The notes under the pieces: model-generated
What the model saw: the letters and a program-made list of their open reading frames with translations, nothing else
Databases searched by the model: none
What the model was told of the DNA's origin: nothing
Translations under genes and position numbers: made by a program
Shown here: piece after piece, positions 39,587 through 52,714 of the stretch
Numbering within the stretch: the stretch's first letter is position 1
Layout of the letters: each line of letters starts with the position of its first letter
Origin: Candidatus Fervidifonticultor secundus
GTDB lineage: Bacteria; Sysuimicrobiota; Sysuimicrobiia; Sysuimicrobiales; Humicultoraceae
Assembly: GCA_031459385.1 (NCBI GenBank)
Contig: JAVKIP010000001.1
Coordinates: 32,001 to 96,000, forward strand
Direction: 5' to 3'
DNA: 64,000 bases

Positions 39587-40446
39587 TGGCGGGGGGCGTC
39601 GAGGTTGCCGGGGTGGAGGCGCCCGGGTCATTTCCCCGCACCGCGGCGGTGGTCGGGCTGGGCCTGATCGGCGGCTCGCTGGCCCTGCGCCTGCGCGCGT
39701 GCGGCGTTGCGGTCATCGGCATCGATACCGACCCGGCGACCCTGGCGGCGGCGCGGGCGCGCGGTGCGGCCGATCTCTTCACCGACGCGGTGGCGGCGGC
39801 CGGCGACGCCGACCTGGTCATCGTGGCCGTGCCCCTGGAACAGATCGTGCCGGTAGCCCGGGCGGCGGCACGGGCCATGCGGCGCGGGGCGGTGCTGACC
39901 GACGCAGGCAGCGTCAAGGCCAGGATCGTGGCTGCCCTGAGCCGGGACCTGCCGGCGGGGGTCCACTTCGTCGGCGGGCATCCCATGGCCGGCAGCGAAC
40001 GCCGCGGCATCGCCGGGGCCGACCCCGCGCTGCTGGACGGGCGGCCGTTCGTGCTGACACCGACGGCCGGCACGGCGCCGGAAGCCGTGGACCTGCTGCG
40101 CGGCGTGATTATCCGACTGGGGATGCGGCCGGTGCTGCTCGACCCGATCCAGCACGACGAGCTCGTGGCGCAGGTCAGCCACCTCCCGTATCTGGTGAGC
40201 GTGGCGCTGGATCGGGCCGCGGCCGACGACGCCCGCGTGGTGGCGGGGCCGGCGTACGCCGACATGACCCGTATCGCGCGCAGCCCGGCGGCGCTGTGGG
40301 CGGCGGTCTGCCGGGACAACCGGGAAGCGATCCTGCGGGCGCTGGCACGGTTCGAGGCCGAGCTGGCGCGCCTGCGGCGTGCGCTGGAGGGGGATGCCGT
40401 GCACGAGGTGCTGCCCGCCGACGAGGAGGTCCGCGCGCGGCCATGA
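39586..40446 (+). CDS. tyrA: Prephenate/arogenate dehydrogenase
   Basis: GLGLIGGS, TDAGSVK, GGHPMAGSE, HD..VA.VSHLP, DMTRIA. Confidence 0.92.
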   Translation: MAGGVEVAGVEAPGSFPRTAAVVGLGLIGGSLALRLRACGVAVIGIDTDPATLAAARARGAADLFTDAVAAAGDADLVIVAVPLEQIVPVARAAARAMRRGAVLTDAGSVKARIVAALSRDLPAGVHFVGGHPMAGSERRGIAGADPALLDGRPFVLTPTAGTAPEAVDLLRGVIIRLGMRPVLLDPIQHDELVAQVSHLPYLVSVALDRAAADDARVVAGPAYADMTRIARSPAALWAAVCRDNREAILRALARFEAELARLRRALEGDAVHEVLPADEEVRARP

Positions 40447-41944
40447 GCCGGCTGCCGATCGCGCCCAGCAAGTCCGAGTTCCTCAGCCGCGCCCGCGAGG
40501 GCAACCTGATCCCGGTCGTCTGCGACCTGATGGCCGACCTGGAGACGCCGATCTCGGCGTTCCTGAAGCTGCGTACCGGCGCCGACGCCTACCTCCTGGA
40601 GAGCGTGGAAGGCGGCGAGAAGCTCGGGCGCTACTCGTTCATCGGGGCCGAGCCGACGGTCCGTGTGCGCGCCTTCGGCCGGCAGGTCGAGGTGCAGGGG
40701 CCCGGTGAGGAGCGCGTCGTCGAGGCCGACCCGTTCGACGTGGCCCGCGACCTGCTGGGCCGCTACCGGCCTGTCCCGCACCCCGGCTTGCCCCGCTTCT
40801 CTGGCGGGGCGGTGGGGTACTTCGGCTACGACTGCGTGCGGCTGTGGGAGCGTCTGCCCGCCCCGCCGCCGGATCCGCTGGGGCTGCCGACGTGCTACCT
40901 GATCATCACCGACGCGGTCGTCATCTTCGACCACGTGGCGCACACGATGCGCCTGGTGGCCAACGCCCACGTGAACGGCAGCGCGGCCGAGGCGTACCGC
41001 GGGGCCGTGGAGACGATCGAGCGGCTGTACGAGCGGCTGCGCCGGCCCCTGGAGCCGCCGGAGGCGGCCGGCCGCGTGGAACCCGTCATGGAGCACGAGA
41101 TGACCGCGGCGCAGTTCCTCGACGCCGTGGCCCGCGCCCGCGAGTACGTCTGGGCGGGCGACATCTTCCAGGTGGTGCTGTCGCGGCGCTTCTCGGCCCG
41201 CATGCGCGGTGTGGACGCCCTGGACGTCTACCGGGCGCTGCGGGCCGTCAGCCCCGGCCCGTACATGTTCTTTCTGGACTTCGACGGCGTGAAGATCGCC
41301 GGCGCCTCGCCGGAGATGCTCGTGCGGCTGGAGGACGGCGTGGTGCAGACGCGGCCCCTGGCAGGCACGCGGCCCCGCGGCCTCACCGACGCCGAGGACC
41401 GGCAGCTGGAAGCCGAGTTGCTGGCCGACGAGAAGGAGCGGGCCGAGCACGTGATGCTGGTGGATCTGGGGCGCAACGACCTGGGCCGCGTCTGCCGCTA
41501 CGGGACGGTGGAGGTCACCGACCTGATGACCGTCGCGCGGTTCAGCCACGTGATGCACATCGCTAGCGACGTCCGGGGCCTGCTGGCCCCGGGGCGCGAT
41601 GCGTGGGATGTACTGCGCGCGTGCTTCCCGGCCGGAACCGTGTCCGGGGCGCCAAAGGTCCGCGCCATGGAGATCATCGACGAGCTCGAGCCGGTGGCTC
41701 GCGGGCCCTATGGCGGCGCGGTGGGCTACGTGAGCTACTCGGGGAACCTGGACACGGCCCTCGTGCTGCGCACCATCACCATGGCCCACGACCGGGCGTT
41801 CATCCACGCCGGTGCCGGGATCGTCGCCGACTCGGTGCCGGAGCACGAGTACGTCGAGACCGTCAACAAGGCCAAGGCGCTGGTGCGAGCCCTGGAACGC
41901 ACCGGGCGCGCGCGCCAGCCGCTGCTGCGGGCGGGGGATGCCGG

Positions 41945-41948
<4 letters not shown>
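40443..41948 (+). CDS. trpE: Anthranilate synthase component I
   Basis: [54 protein letters not shown]. Confidence 0.96.
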
Positions 41949-42546
<598 letters not shown>

Positions 42547-42550
<4 letters not shown>

Positions 42551-43563
42551 TCCGCGAGGCGATCCGGGCGGTCGCCGACCGCCAGGCGCTCTCGGAGCAG
42601 GACGCCTGGCAGGCGATGGGCGAGATCATGGACGGCCAGGCGACGCCGGCGCAGATCGCCGCGTTCATCACGGCGCTGCGCATGCGGGGGGAAACGGTAG
42701 ACGAGATCGCGGGGTTCGCGCGGGCGATGCGCGAGCGGGCGCTGCGGGTCACCCCACGCGTGGAGCACCTCATCGACGTGGTGGGAACCGGCGGCGATCG
42801 CGTCAGCACGTTCAACGTCTCCACGACCGCGGCCTTCGTCGTGGCCGGTGCCGGCGGCTCCGTGGCCAAGCACGGGAACCGGGCGGTGAGCCGCGCGTCG
42901 GGCAGCGCCGACGTGCTGGAGGCCCTGGGCGTGAACATCCAGGTGGCTCCCGCGGTGGTGCAGCGGTGCATCGAGGACCTCGGCATCGGCTTCCTCTTCG
43001 CGCCGATCTACCACGCGGCGATGAAGCACGCGGCCGGGCCGCGGCGGGAGATCGGGATCCGCACCGTGTTCAACATCTTGGGGCCGCTGGCCAACCCCGC
43101 GGGCGCCGCCTACCTGCTGGTGGGGACCTACGATCCGGCGCTGGTGCGGATCATGGCCGAGGTGCTGGGCGAGCTCGGCGTGCGGCACGCGCTGGTCGTG
43201 CACGGCGACGGCATGGACGAGCTCTCGACGCTGGGGCCCACGCAGATCGCCGAGCTGCGCGACGGCCGCGTGCACGTGCTGCAGCTGGACCCCGCGGCCC
43301 TGGGGATCGCGCCGCCCCGGGCGGAGGCGATCCGGGGCGGGACGCCGCAGGAGAACGCCGGGGTGACGCTGGGCGTGCTGCAGGGACAGCCGGGGCCCGC
43401 GCGGGACCTGGTGCTGCTCAACGCGGCCGGGGCCCTCGTGGCCGCCGAGCTGGCCGGGGACCTGCGCGAGGGCCTGGCGCTGGCAGCCCGGGCCGTCGAT
43501 TCCGGTGCCGCCTACGAAAAGCTGGAAGGGCTGCGGGCGATGACGAAGGCGGCACAGGCATGA
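42547..43563 (+). CDS. trpD: Anthranilate phosphoribosyltransferase
   Basis: [39 protein letters not shown]. Confidence 0.96.
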
Positions 43564-44372
43564 CGATCCTGGACGAGATGCTGGCGCACAAGCGCCGGGA
43601 GGTCGGTGCCCGCCGGGCCGTGGTCCCGCTGGAGACGGTGCGGGCCCGCGCCGCCGCCGCCCCGCCGCCCCGCGACTTCGCGGGCGCCATCGCCGGGCCG
43701 CCGGTGCGCATCATCGCCGAGGTGAAGCGGGCGTCCCCAGCGCGCGGGATCCTCCGCGGCGACGCCGATCCCGCGGCCGTGGCGCGAGCTTACCAGGCGG
43801 CGGGCGCCGACGCGATCTCGGTGTTGACCGACGCCCGCTACTTCCGCGGCGACCCGGCCGACCTGGCGGCGGTCCGGGTGGCGGTGCCGCTGCCGGTGCT
43901 GTGCAAGGATTTCATCGTCGACCCCTACCAGGTCTACGAGGCCCGGGCCCTGGGCGCCGATGCGGTCCTGCTCATCGCCGGTGCCGTGCCCCGGGAGGTG
44001 CTGGCGGCCCTGCTGGTGCTGGCCGGCGACCTGGGCCTGGCCGCGCTGGTCGAGGTCGACGGGGCGCCGGCGCTGGACGACGCCCTGGCTGCCGGCGCCA
44101 GCATCGTGGGGATCAACAACCGCGACCTGCGGACGTTCGCGGTGGACCTGGAGGCGACCGCGCGGCTGCGGCCCCGGATTCCCGCGGGGCGGCTCGTCGT
44201 GAGCGAGAGCGGCATCGAGACCGCCGACGACCTGCGGCGGGTGGCACGCGCCGGCGTCGACGCGGTGCTGGTGGGCACTGCGTTGATGACGGCCCCCGAG
44301 CCGGGCGCCGCGCTGGCCCGGCTGCGCGCGGCTGCTGTCGAGACCGCATCTACAGGAGGCGCGCACGCATGA
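43560..44372 (+). CDS. trpC: Indole-3-glycerol phosphate synthase
   Basis: IAEVKRASP, ISVLTD, KDF, GINNRDL, VSESGI. Confidence 0.96.
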   Translation: MTILDEMLAHKRREVGARRAVVPLETVRARAAAAPPPRDFAGAIAGPPVRIIAEVKRASPARGILRGDADPAAVARAYQAAGADAISVLTDARYFRGDPADLAAVRVAVPLPVLCKDFIVDPYQVYEARALGADAVLLIAGAVPREVLAALLVLAGDLGLAALVEVDGAPALDDALAAGASIVGINNRDLRTFAVDLEATARLRPRIPAGRLVVSESGIETADDLRRVARAGVDAVLVGTALMTAPEPGAALARLRAAAVETASTGGAHA

Positions 44373-45385
44373 AGAAGGGACGGCTGCTGACGGGAGACCG
44401 GCCCACGGGCAAGCTACACCTCGGGCACTACGTGGGCACGCTCGCCAACCGGGTGAAGCTCCAGGACGAGTACGACTGCTTCTTCCTGCTGGCCGACTAC
44501 CACATCCTCACCACCCGGCTCGAGCGGCTCGACGAGATCGAGGAGAACATCCGCGAGATCGTGCTGGACTACCTGAGCGTGGGCATCGACCCTGAGCGCT
44601 CGACGATCTTCCTGCAGTCGGGCGTGCCCCAGATTCCGGAGCTGGCGCTGATCTTCTCGATGCTGGTGGCGGTGCCACGTCTGCAGCGGGTGCCTACGCT
44701 GAAGGAGGTCATGCGGGACCTCCGCATCGCCCAGCCGTCAGCCGGCCTGCTGAACTACCCCGTGCTCCAGGCGGCCGATATCCTGAGCGTCAAGGCCGAG
44801 ATCGTGCCCGTCGGGAAGGACCAGGCGTCGCACCTGGAACTGACCCGGGAGCTCGCGCGGCGGTTCAACGACACCTTCGCGCCGGTGTTCCCCGAGCCGG
44901 CCACGCTCATCGGCGAGGTGGGCACGCTGCCCGGCACGGACGGCAAAGCCAAGATGAGCAAGTCGCTGGGCAACGTCATCTACCTGTCGGACGACCCGGA
45001 GACGGTGACCCAGCGGGTCATGCGCATGTACACCGACCCCCGGCGCATTCACCCCACCGATCCCGGCACCGTGGAGGGCAACCCGGTCTTCACCTACCAC
45101 GATGCGTTCAACGCCAACCGGGACGAGGTGGACGAGCTGAAGCGCCGCTACCGCGCGGGCACCGTGGGCGACGTGGAGGTGAAGCAGCGGCTGGCCCGGG
45201 CGCTGAACGCCTTCCTCGACCCGATCCGGGAGCGTCGCGCCCGCTATGCGGCGCAGCCGGGTCTCGTGGAGGAGATCGTGGTGGAGGGAACGCGCCGGGT
45301 GCGGGAGATCGCCGGCCAGACGCTGGCGGAAGCCAAGGACGCGATGAAGATGGCGTACTTTCAGGCCGTACGGCCGCGGGTGTGA
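44369..45385 (+). CDS. trpS: Tryptophan--tRNA ligase (TrpRS II-like)
   Basis: GDRPTGKLHLGH (HIGH), YPVLQAADI, VPVGKDQ, KMSKS. Confidence 0.96.
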   Translation: MKKGRLLTGDRPTGKLHLGHYVGTLANRVKLQDEYDCFFLLADYHILTTRLERLDEIEENIREIVLDYLSVGIDPERSTIFLQSGVPQIPELALIFSMLVAVPRLQRVPTLKEVMRDLRIAQPSAGLLNYPVLQAADILSVKAEIVPVGKDQASHLELTRELARRFNDTFAPVFPEPATLIGEVGTLPGTDGKAKMSKSLGNVIYLSDDPETVTQRVMRMYTDPRRIHPTDPGTVEGNPVFTYHDAFNANRDEVDELKRRYRAGTVGDVEVKQRLARALNAFLDPIRERRARYAAQPGLVEEIVVEGTRRVREIAGQTLAEAKDAMKMAYFQAVRPRV

Positions 45386-45416
45386 GCGGGGCGCGGGCGT
45401 GCATGGAGCCGCGGGC

Positions 45417-46080
45417 GTGATCCGGGTCAAGATCTGCGGCATCACCGACGACGCCGAGGCGCTGGCGGCGGCCGCCGCCGGCGCGGACGCCGTCGGCTTC
45501 GTCTTCGCGCCCAGCCGGCGCCAGATCGACCCCGTGCGCGCGCGGCAGGTGGCGGCGGTGCTCCCGCCGTTCGTCACCCGCGTGGGCGTGGTCGTCAACG
45601 AGCCCCTGGAGCGGCTGCGGGCGCTGGTGGACGGCGTGCGCCTGGACGCGGTGCAACTCCACGGCGACGAGCCGCCCGAGTACTGTGCGGCGGCGGCCGC
45701 GTGGGGGATCACCGTGATCAAGGCGGTGCCGGTCGCCGGCCCCCTGGACCTGGCCCGGCTGCGCGCCTACCGGGCCGCAGCCGTGCTGCTCGACGCGCAC
45801 CGGCCGGGCCAGCGAGGCGGCACAGGCCAGCCCTTCGACTGGCGGCTGGCCGCGCCGACGGCGCAGGTGCTGCGCGTGATCCTCTCGGGCGGCCTGCGGC
45901 CGGAGACCGTGGCCGAGGGGATCCGCGTGGTGCGGCCCTACGGGGTCGACGTCAGCTCGGGCGTGGAGAGCGACGGTCGGAAGGACCCGGCCAAGATGGC
46001 CGCGTTCGTGGCGGCGGCCCGCCAGGCGGCGTCGTCTCCCGGGACGCCGGCCGCGTCCGGGAGGGAGGTGTGCAGGCACC

Positions 46081-46106
<26 letters not shown>
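45417..46106 (+). CDS. trpF: Phosphoribosylanthranilate isomerase
   Basis: [35 protein letters not shown]. Confidence 0.95.
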
Positions 46107-47270
<1,164 letters not shown>

Positions 47271-47274
<4 letters not shown>

Positions 47275-48080
47275 GCCGGATCGCCGACACGTTCGCCAGG
47301 CTGCGGGCCCGGGGCCGACGCGCCCTCATCCCGTTCCTCATGGCCGGGGACCCCTCACTGGCCGACACCACCGTCTTCCTGCCGCGGCTTGCGGAGGCCG
47401 GCGCCGACCTGCTGGAAGTCGGCGTCCCGTTCTCCGATCCGATCGCCGACGGCCCGACGAATCAGCGGGCCGCGCAGCGCGCGCTGGCGGCCGGGGTGCG
47501 CCTGCGCGACGTGCTGACGATGGTCGCCGGCGTGCGGGAGCGCCTGGGGCTGCCGCTGGTGCTGCTCACCTACTACAACCCCGTGCTGCGCTACGGCCTG
47601 GAGGCCTTTGGCCGGGATGCCGCCGCCGCCGGCGTGGACGGCGTGGTGATCCCGGATCTCCCGCCTGAAGACGGTCGGCCCCTGCAGGAGACGGTGCGGG
47701 CACAGGGGCTCGATACTATCTTCTTGGTGGCGCCCACCAGCACCGACGAGCGCCTGGCCGCAGTCGCCGCGGCGGCGTCGGGGTTCGTGTACTGCGTGTC
47801 GCTGACTGGTGTGACGGGGGCGCGCACCGACCTGGCCGGCGACGTCGGCGCCCTGGTCGGACGGCTGCGGCGGCACACGGCGCTGCCGGCCTGCGTCGGG
47901 TTCGGCATCTCGACGCCCGAACACGCGCGGCAGGTGGCGAGCGTCGCCGACGGGGTCATCGTCGGCAGCGCCGTCGTGGCGCTGGTCGAACAGCACGCCG
48001 CCGCGGCCGGGGAGGCGCTGGAGAGGTTCGTGCGGGCGCTGCGGGCCGGCGTGGACGCTGCGCCGGTCGGCCGCCGCTGA
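47271..48080 (+). CDS. trpA: Tryptophan synthase alpha chain
   Basis: [36 protein letters not shown]. Confidence 0.97.
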
Positions 48081-48114
48081 CCGGCGCCGCGCGGCGCCGA
48101 GAGAGGCGACCGCG

Positions 48115-48627
48115 GTGGGGCTCTTCACCCCGCGTCCGGATCCCGAGGGACCCGCGGCCGTCTACCTGCGCACGCTGATCTTCGTCTTCCACGGCGAGCG
48201 CGTGCTGTTGATGCAGCGCGCCGGCGGCCCCGAGGCCGGCTGGTGGAACGGCCTCGGGGGGAAGCTCGACCGGGGCGAGGACCCGCTGGAGGCCGCCCGG
48301 CGCGAGCTGTCCGAGGAAGCCGGGATCGTGCCACCTTTGGTCTTCCGCGGCGTGGCTAGCGTCATCGTGCGCGCGACCGGCGCGCACTGGGTGATCTTCC
48401 TGTTCGCGGCGCGGGCAGAGGGCGAGACGGTGGTAGCGTCGCCCGAGGGCGTGCTGCGCTGGGTCGCGCCGGACGACCTGGCGACGCTGCGGCTCTTTCC
48501 CGACGTGACGCTGTTGCTGCCCTGTGTGCGGCCCGAGGTCGGGGGCGTCGTCCTGGCCAAGGTCGTCTACGCGACGGCCGACCTGGCCAGCTTCGACCCG
48601 TCGGCGACCCGGATCGTCACCTTTTGA
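48115..48627 (+). CDS. Nudix hydrolase (MutT/MTH1-like 8-oxo-dGTPase candidate)
   Basis: WNGLGGKLDRGEDPLEAARRELSEEAG Nudix box. Confidence 0.85.
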   Translation: MGLFTPRPDPEGPAAVYLRTLIFVFHGERVLLMQRAGGPEAGWWNGLGGKLDRGEDPLEAARRELSEEAGIVPPLVFRGVASVIVRATGAHWVIFLFAARAEGETVVASPEGVLRWVAPDDLATLRLFPDVTLLLPCVRPEVGGVVLAKVVYATADLASFDPSATRIVTF

Positions 48628-48652
48628 GGAGTCGCCAGACGGCGCGTCGAAG
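48625..48652 (+). promoter_or_regulatory. Putative internal sigma-H-like promoter (TGAGGA-N18-GAAG)
   Basis: In the short intergenic gap before the second Nudix gene; recurrent motif. Confidence 0.4.
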
Positions 48653-48688
48653 CCCCTCCGGGGGCTCCTGGCAGCCCGAGATGCCGGT

Positions 48689-49285
48689 ATGGGACTGAAC
48701 GAGCGCATTCTCGTCGTGCCGCGCGTGCACCTGTTGCCCGACGGCAGCTTCCACGGCGTGCGCACCGACGGGCTCGACAGCTACCGGGTGCGCATCCGCG
48801 CCCACGGCCAGGTCCGGCGCCGGGCCGACGTCGAGGACGACCCGTCGCTGAAGCAGATCATCCCCTACCTGGTGGTGCGGGCTGCGGGCCGCTACCTGCT
48901 GGTGCAGCGCACGCAGCGTGGCGCCGAGGCGCGGCTGCACGGCCTGGTGTCCGTCGGCGTGGGCGGGCACGTGGGCGGTGCCGACGTTGCCGGCGCCGAC
49001 GACCCGGTGGAGGCTGGCCTGCGGCGCGAACTGGAGGAGGAGTTGGTCATCGACGGGCCCTGGACCGCGCAGCTCGTGGGGGTGCTCAACGACGACACGA
49101 ACCCCGTCAGCAGCGTCCACTTCGGCCTGGTGCACGTCGTCGAGGTGCCCTCGGGCCGGGTGCGCGTCCGCGAGACCCACAAGCTCTCCGGGCACCTGGC
49201 CACGCTGGAGGAGGTGCGGGCCGCCTACCCGCGCATGGAGACGTGGTCGCAGCTCGTGGTCGACGCAGGAGTGCTGGTGCCGTGA
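48689..49285 (+). CDS. Nudix-family predicted phosphoesterase
   Basis: EDDPSLKQIIPY, EARLH, GVGGH, RELEEE, NDD..VSSVHFG, METWS. Confidence 0.85.
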   Translation: MGLNERILVVPRVHLLPDGSFHGVRTDGLDSYRVRIRAHGQVRRRADVEDDPSLKQIIPYLVVRAAGRYLLVQRTQRGAEARLHGLVSVGVGGHVGGADVAGADDPVEAGLRRELEEELVIDGPWTAQLVGVLNDDTNPVSSVHFGLVHVVEVPSGRVRVRETHKLSGHLATLEEVRAAYPRMETWSQLVVDAGVLVP

Positions 49286-50211
49286 GGCCCTCCGCCCCCA
49301 CCGCCGACGCACCAGCGCCCCCCGCCGGCCAGCGGGTGGCGCGACTGGTGGTGTCCCGACGCTACCGCCTGGACCGCACGCTGGCGTGCGGGCAGTGCTT
49401 CCGGTGGACGGTGCTGGACGCGAGCGCACCGCACGCCGCGAATGGCCCCGGGCGGGCAACGCTGGCCCGGGGTGTCGTGGACGGCGCGGTCGCCGTGGTG
49501 TCCCAGCAGGGCGCGGTGCTGCGCGTCGCGTGGGACGGGCCGCCCGGTGTGCTGGAGCGCCTGCGCGTCCACCTGGGCGCAGACGCGCCGCTGACGGCGA
49601 TCGAAGCCGCGCTGGCGCGCGACCCGGTGCTGCGCCGCCTGCTGCCCCAGACCTCCGGCATCGCCATCATGCGGCAGGACCCCTGGGAGTGTCTGGTCTC
49701 GTACGTGATCTCGGCATTCAACAACATCCCCAAGATCCGGACGAGCATCGAGGAAGTTGCGCGGCGCTTCGGTGTGCCCATCCCGGGCACCACCGCGTGG
49801 GCCTTCCCCCGGCCCGAGCGTCTGGCGGAGGCGCGGGTGGAGGCCCTGCGGGCCTGTCTGCTGGGGTACCGGGCGGCGTCCGTGCGGGCCCTGGCGCGAC
49901 TGGTGGCCGATGGGGACGTCGACCTCTCCCGGATAGGGGCGCTGCCCTACGCCCAGGCGCACCAGGCCCTGGTGGCTCTCCCCGGGGTGGGCGCGAAGGT
50001 GGCCGAGTGCGTGCTGCTGTTCGCCTACGGTATCGGCGCGGCGTTTCCCGTGGACGTGTGGGTGCAGCGCGCGGTCGAGCGCTGGTACTTCGGCGGCCGC
50101 ACGCGCACGCCGGGCGCGATCCGGGCGTGGGCCCGCGACCGGTTCGGGCCGCTGGCGGGCCACGCGCAGCAGCACCTCTACGCCGCGGCCCGCGCCGCCC
50201 GGGTGCGCTGA
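49282..50211 (+). CDS. ogg: 8-oxoguanine DNA glycosylase/AP lyase (OGG1-type HhH-GPD)
   Basis: TLACGQCFRW (OGG N-terminal), RQDPWECL.S, NNIPKI, LGYRA, LPGVGAKVA.C, FPVDVW. Confidence 0.88.
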   Translation: MRPSAPTADAPAPPAGQRVARLVVSRRYRLDRTLACGQCFRWTVLDASAPHAANGPGRATLARGVVDGAVAVVSQQGAVLRVAWDGPPGVLERLRVHLGADAPLTAIEAALARDPVLRRLLPQTSGIAIMRQDPWECLVSYVISAFNNIPKIRTSIEEVARRFGVPIPGTTAWAFPRPERLAEARVEALRACLLGYRAASVRALARLVADGDVDLSRIGALPYAQAHQALVALPGVGAKVAECVLLFAYGIGAAFPVDVWVQRAVERWYFGGRTRTPGAIRAWARDRFGPLAGHAQQHLYAAARAARVR

Positions 50212-50232
50212 GCGCAGGAGCCCCGGCAGGGG

Positions 50233-50912
<680 letters not shown>

Positions 50913-50919
<7 letters not shown>

Positions 50920-51683
50920 GCCTGCAGGTCCTCGTCGCCGGTGCCCAGGTAGACGGCCTGCACGCGCGGGTCGGCGCGCACCGCGGCCGCGGGGCCGTCG
51001 GCCAGTACCTGGCCGTAGTGCATGACCGTGATGTTGTCGGCCAGCGCCGCCACCACGTCCATGTCGTGCTCGATGATGCACAGGGTGATCTCCCGCGGCA
51101 GCACGGCCAGCAGTTCCACCATCCGCGCCGTCTCCCCCGGCGACGTGCCTGCTGTGGGCTCGTCCAGCAGCAGCACCGCAGGACGCGTCGCCAGCGCCAG
51201 CGCCAGTTCCAGCTGGCGCTGTTCGCCGTAGGAGAGCTCGGCCACCGGCCGGCCGCGCCGGTCGCCGAGGCCCACCTGCGCCAGGAGCAGGTCGGCCTCC
51301 CGGGCGACCTCCGGGTACGCATCGGCGGAGCGGAACAGCTCCCGGCCCAGGTGCAGGCGCACCTGCACCGCGAGCCGCACGTTCTCCCAGACCGTCAGCT
51401 GCAGGAACAGATTGTTGCGCTGGAAGGTGCGGCCCAGCCCCATCCGTGCCCGCCGGTGGGGCGGGATGCCGGTGACGTCCGTCCCCAGCAGGCGCACGGT
51501 GCCGCTGGTCGGGCGCAGCTCGCCGCTGATGATGTGGAACAGCGTGGTCTTGCCGGCACCGTTGGGCCCGATGACCGCACGGCGCTCCCCCGCGGCCACC
51601 GTCAGGTCCACGCCCGCCAGGGCCGCCAGCGCCCCGAAGCGCATCTGCACGCCGCGCACCTCGACCGCCGCCGCCACGGGCAT
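50913..51683 (-). CDS. ABC ATPase (LivG-like)
   Basis: GPNGAGKTT, RTFQ, LSYGEQR, LDEPTAG, IEHDM. Confidence 0.93.
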
Positions 51684-52714
51684 CACTCCGCCGGCATGTC
51701 GGCGTCCCGGGCGGGGAGGTCGCGCGTCCCGGCCGGCGCGCCGGCGCCGCGCGCGGCCAGGGACACGGGGAAGCCACCTCCGCGGCGCACCGCACGGTCC
51801 AGCTGACGCCACAGCCCCACCAGGCCGCCGCGCGCGACCAGTACGAAGCCGATGAAGACCAGCCCCATGACCGTCATCCACCGCTGGGTCAGCAGCGAGC
51901 TGACCAGATCCTGAATCGCGACCACGACGAAGGCGCCGAGGATCGGCCCGATCAGGCTGTGGACGCCGCCGATGATGATCATGATCATCAGCTGCCCCGA
52001 CCGGTGCCAGTGGATCTCCGAGGGCGAGATGAAGCCGTTGAACTGCCCGAAGAGCGCGCCAGCGAGGCCGGCCAGGCCCCCGGCCAGCACGAAGGCCGCC
52101 AGCTTGTAGGCCCGCACGTTGCATCCCAGCGCCTGCAGCCGTCCTTCGTTCTCACGAATGCCGATCAGCGTGCGGCCGAAGGGCGCGTCCAGCACGCGGC
52201 GCAGGAACCAGAGCACCAGTAGGTAGCAGACGAGCGCCACCACGTACATCCGCGTGGCGTCCATCTCCACCCCGAGCCCCGTCGGCCTGGGGATGCTCAA
52301 CAGGCCGTCGGACCCGCCGGTCACGGTGCGCCACTTGATGGCCAGCGCGTACAGCATCTGCCCTACGGCCAGGGTGATCATCAGGAAGGTCACGGCTGCC
52401 GTGCGCAGCGCGAACAGCCCCACCACCAGCGCGAGCACCGCGGCGGCCGCCATGCCCACCGGCACCGTCGCCCAGAACAGCGGGGTGACGTGCTTGGCGA
52501 GCAGTCCGGCGGCGTACCCGCCCGTGGCGAAGTAGGCCGCGTGCCCCATGGAGATCAGGCCGGTGAAGCCCAGCAGCAGGTTGAGACTGGTGGCGGCGAT
52601 GCCGAAGATCAGCACCTCGGCCGCGACCGTCAGCAGGAACCGGGGTGCCCACAGCGGGAGCGACACCAGCCCCGCCACGGCCAGCGCCCCGGCGAGGCGC
52701 CCGGAGCCGGTCAC
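51683..52714 (-). CDS. ABC permease (LivM-like)
   Basis: LNLLLGFTGLISMGHAA, TGGSDG, PFGRTLIGIRENE. Confidence 0.92.
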   Translation of the reverse strand: MTGSGRLAGALAVAGLVSLPLWAPRFLLTVAAEVLIFGIAATSLNLLLGFTGLISMGHAAYFATGGYAAGLLAKHVTPLFWATVPVGMAAAAVLALVVGLFALRTAAVTFLMITLAVGQMLYALAIKWRTVTGGSDGLLSIPRPTGLGVEMDATRMYVVALVCYLLVLWFLRRVLDAPFGRTLIGIRENEGRLQALGCNVRAYKLAAFVLAGGLAGLAGALFGQFNGFISPSEIHWHRSGQLMIMIIIGGVHSLIGPILGAFVVVAIQDLVSSLLTQRWMTVMGLVFIGFVLVARGGLVGLWRQLDRAVRRGGGFPVSLAARGAGAPAGTRDLPARDADMPAE

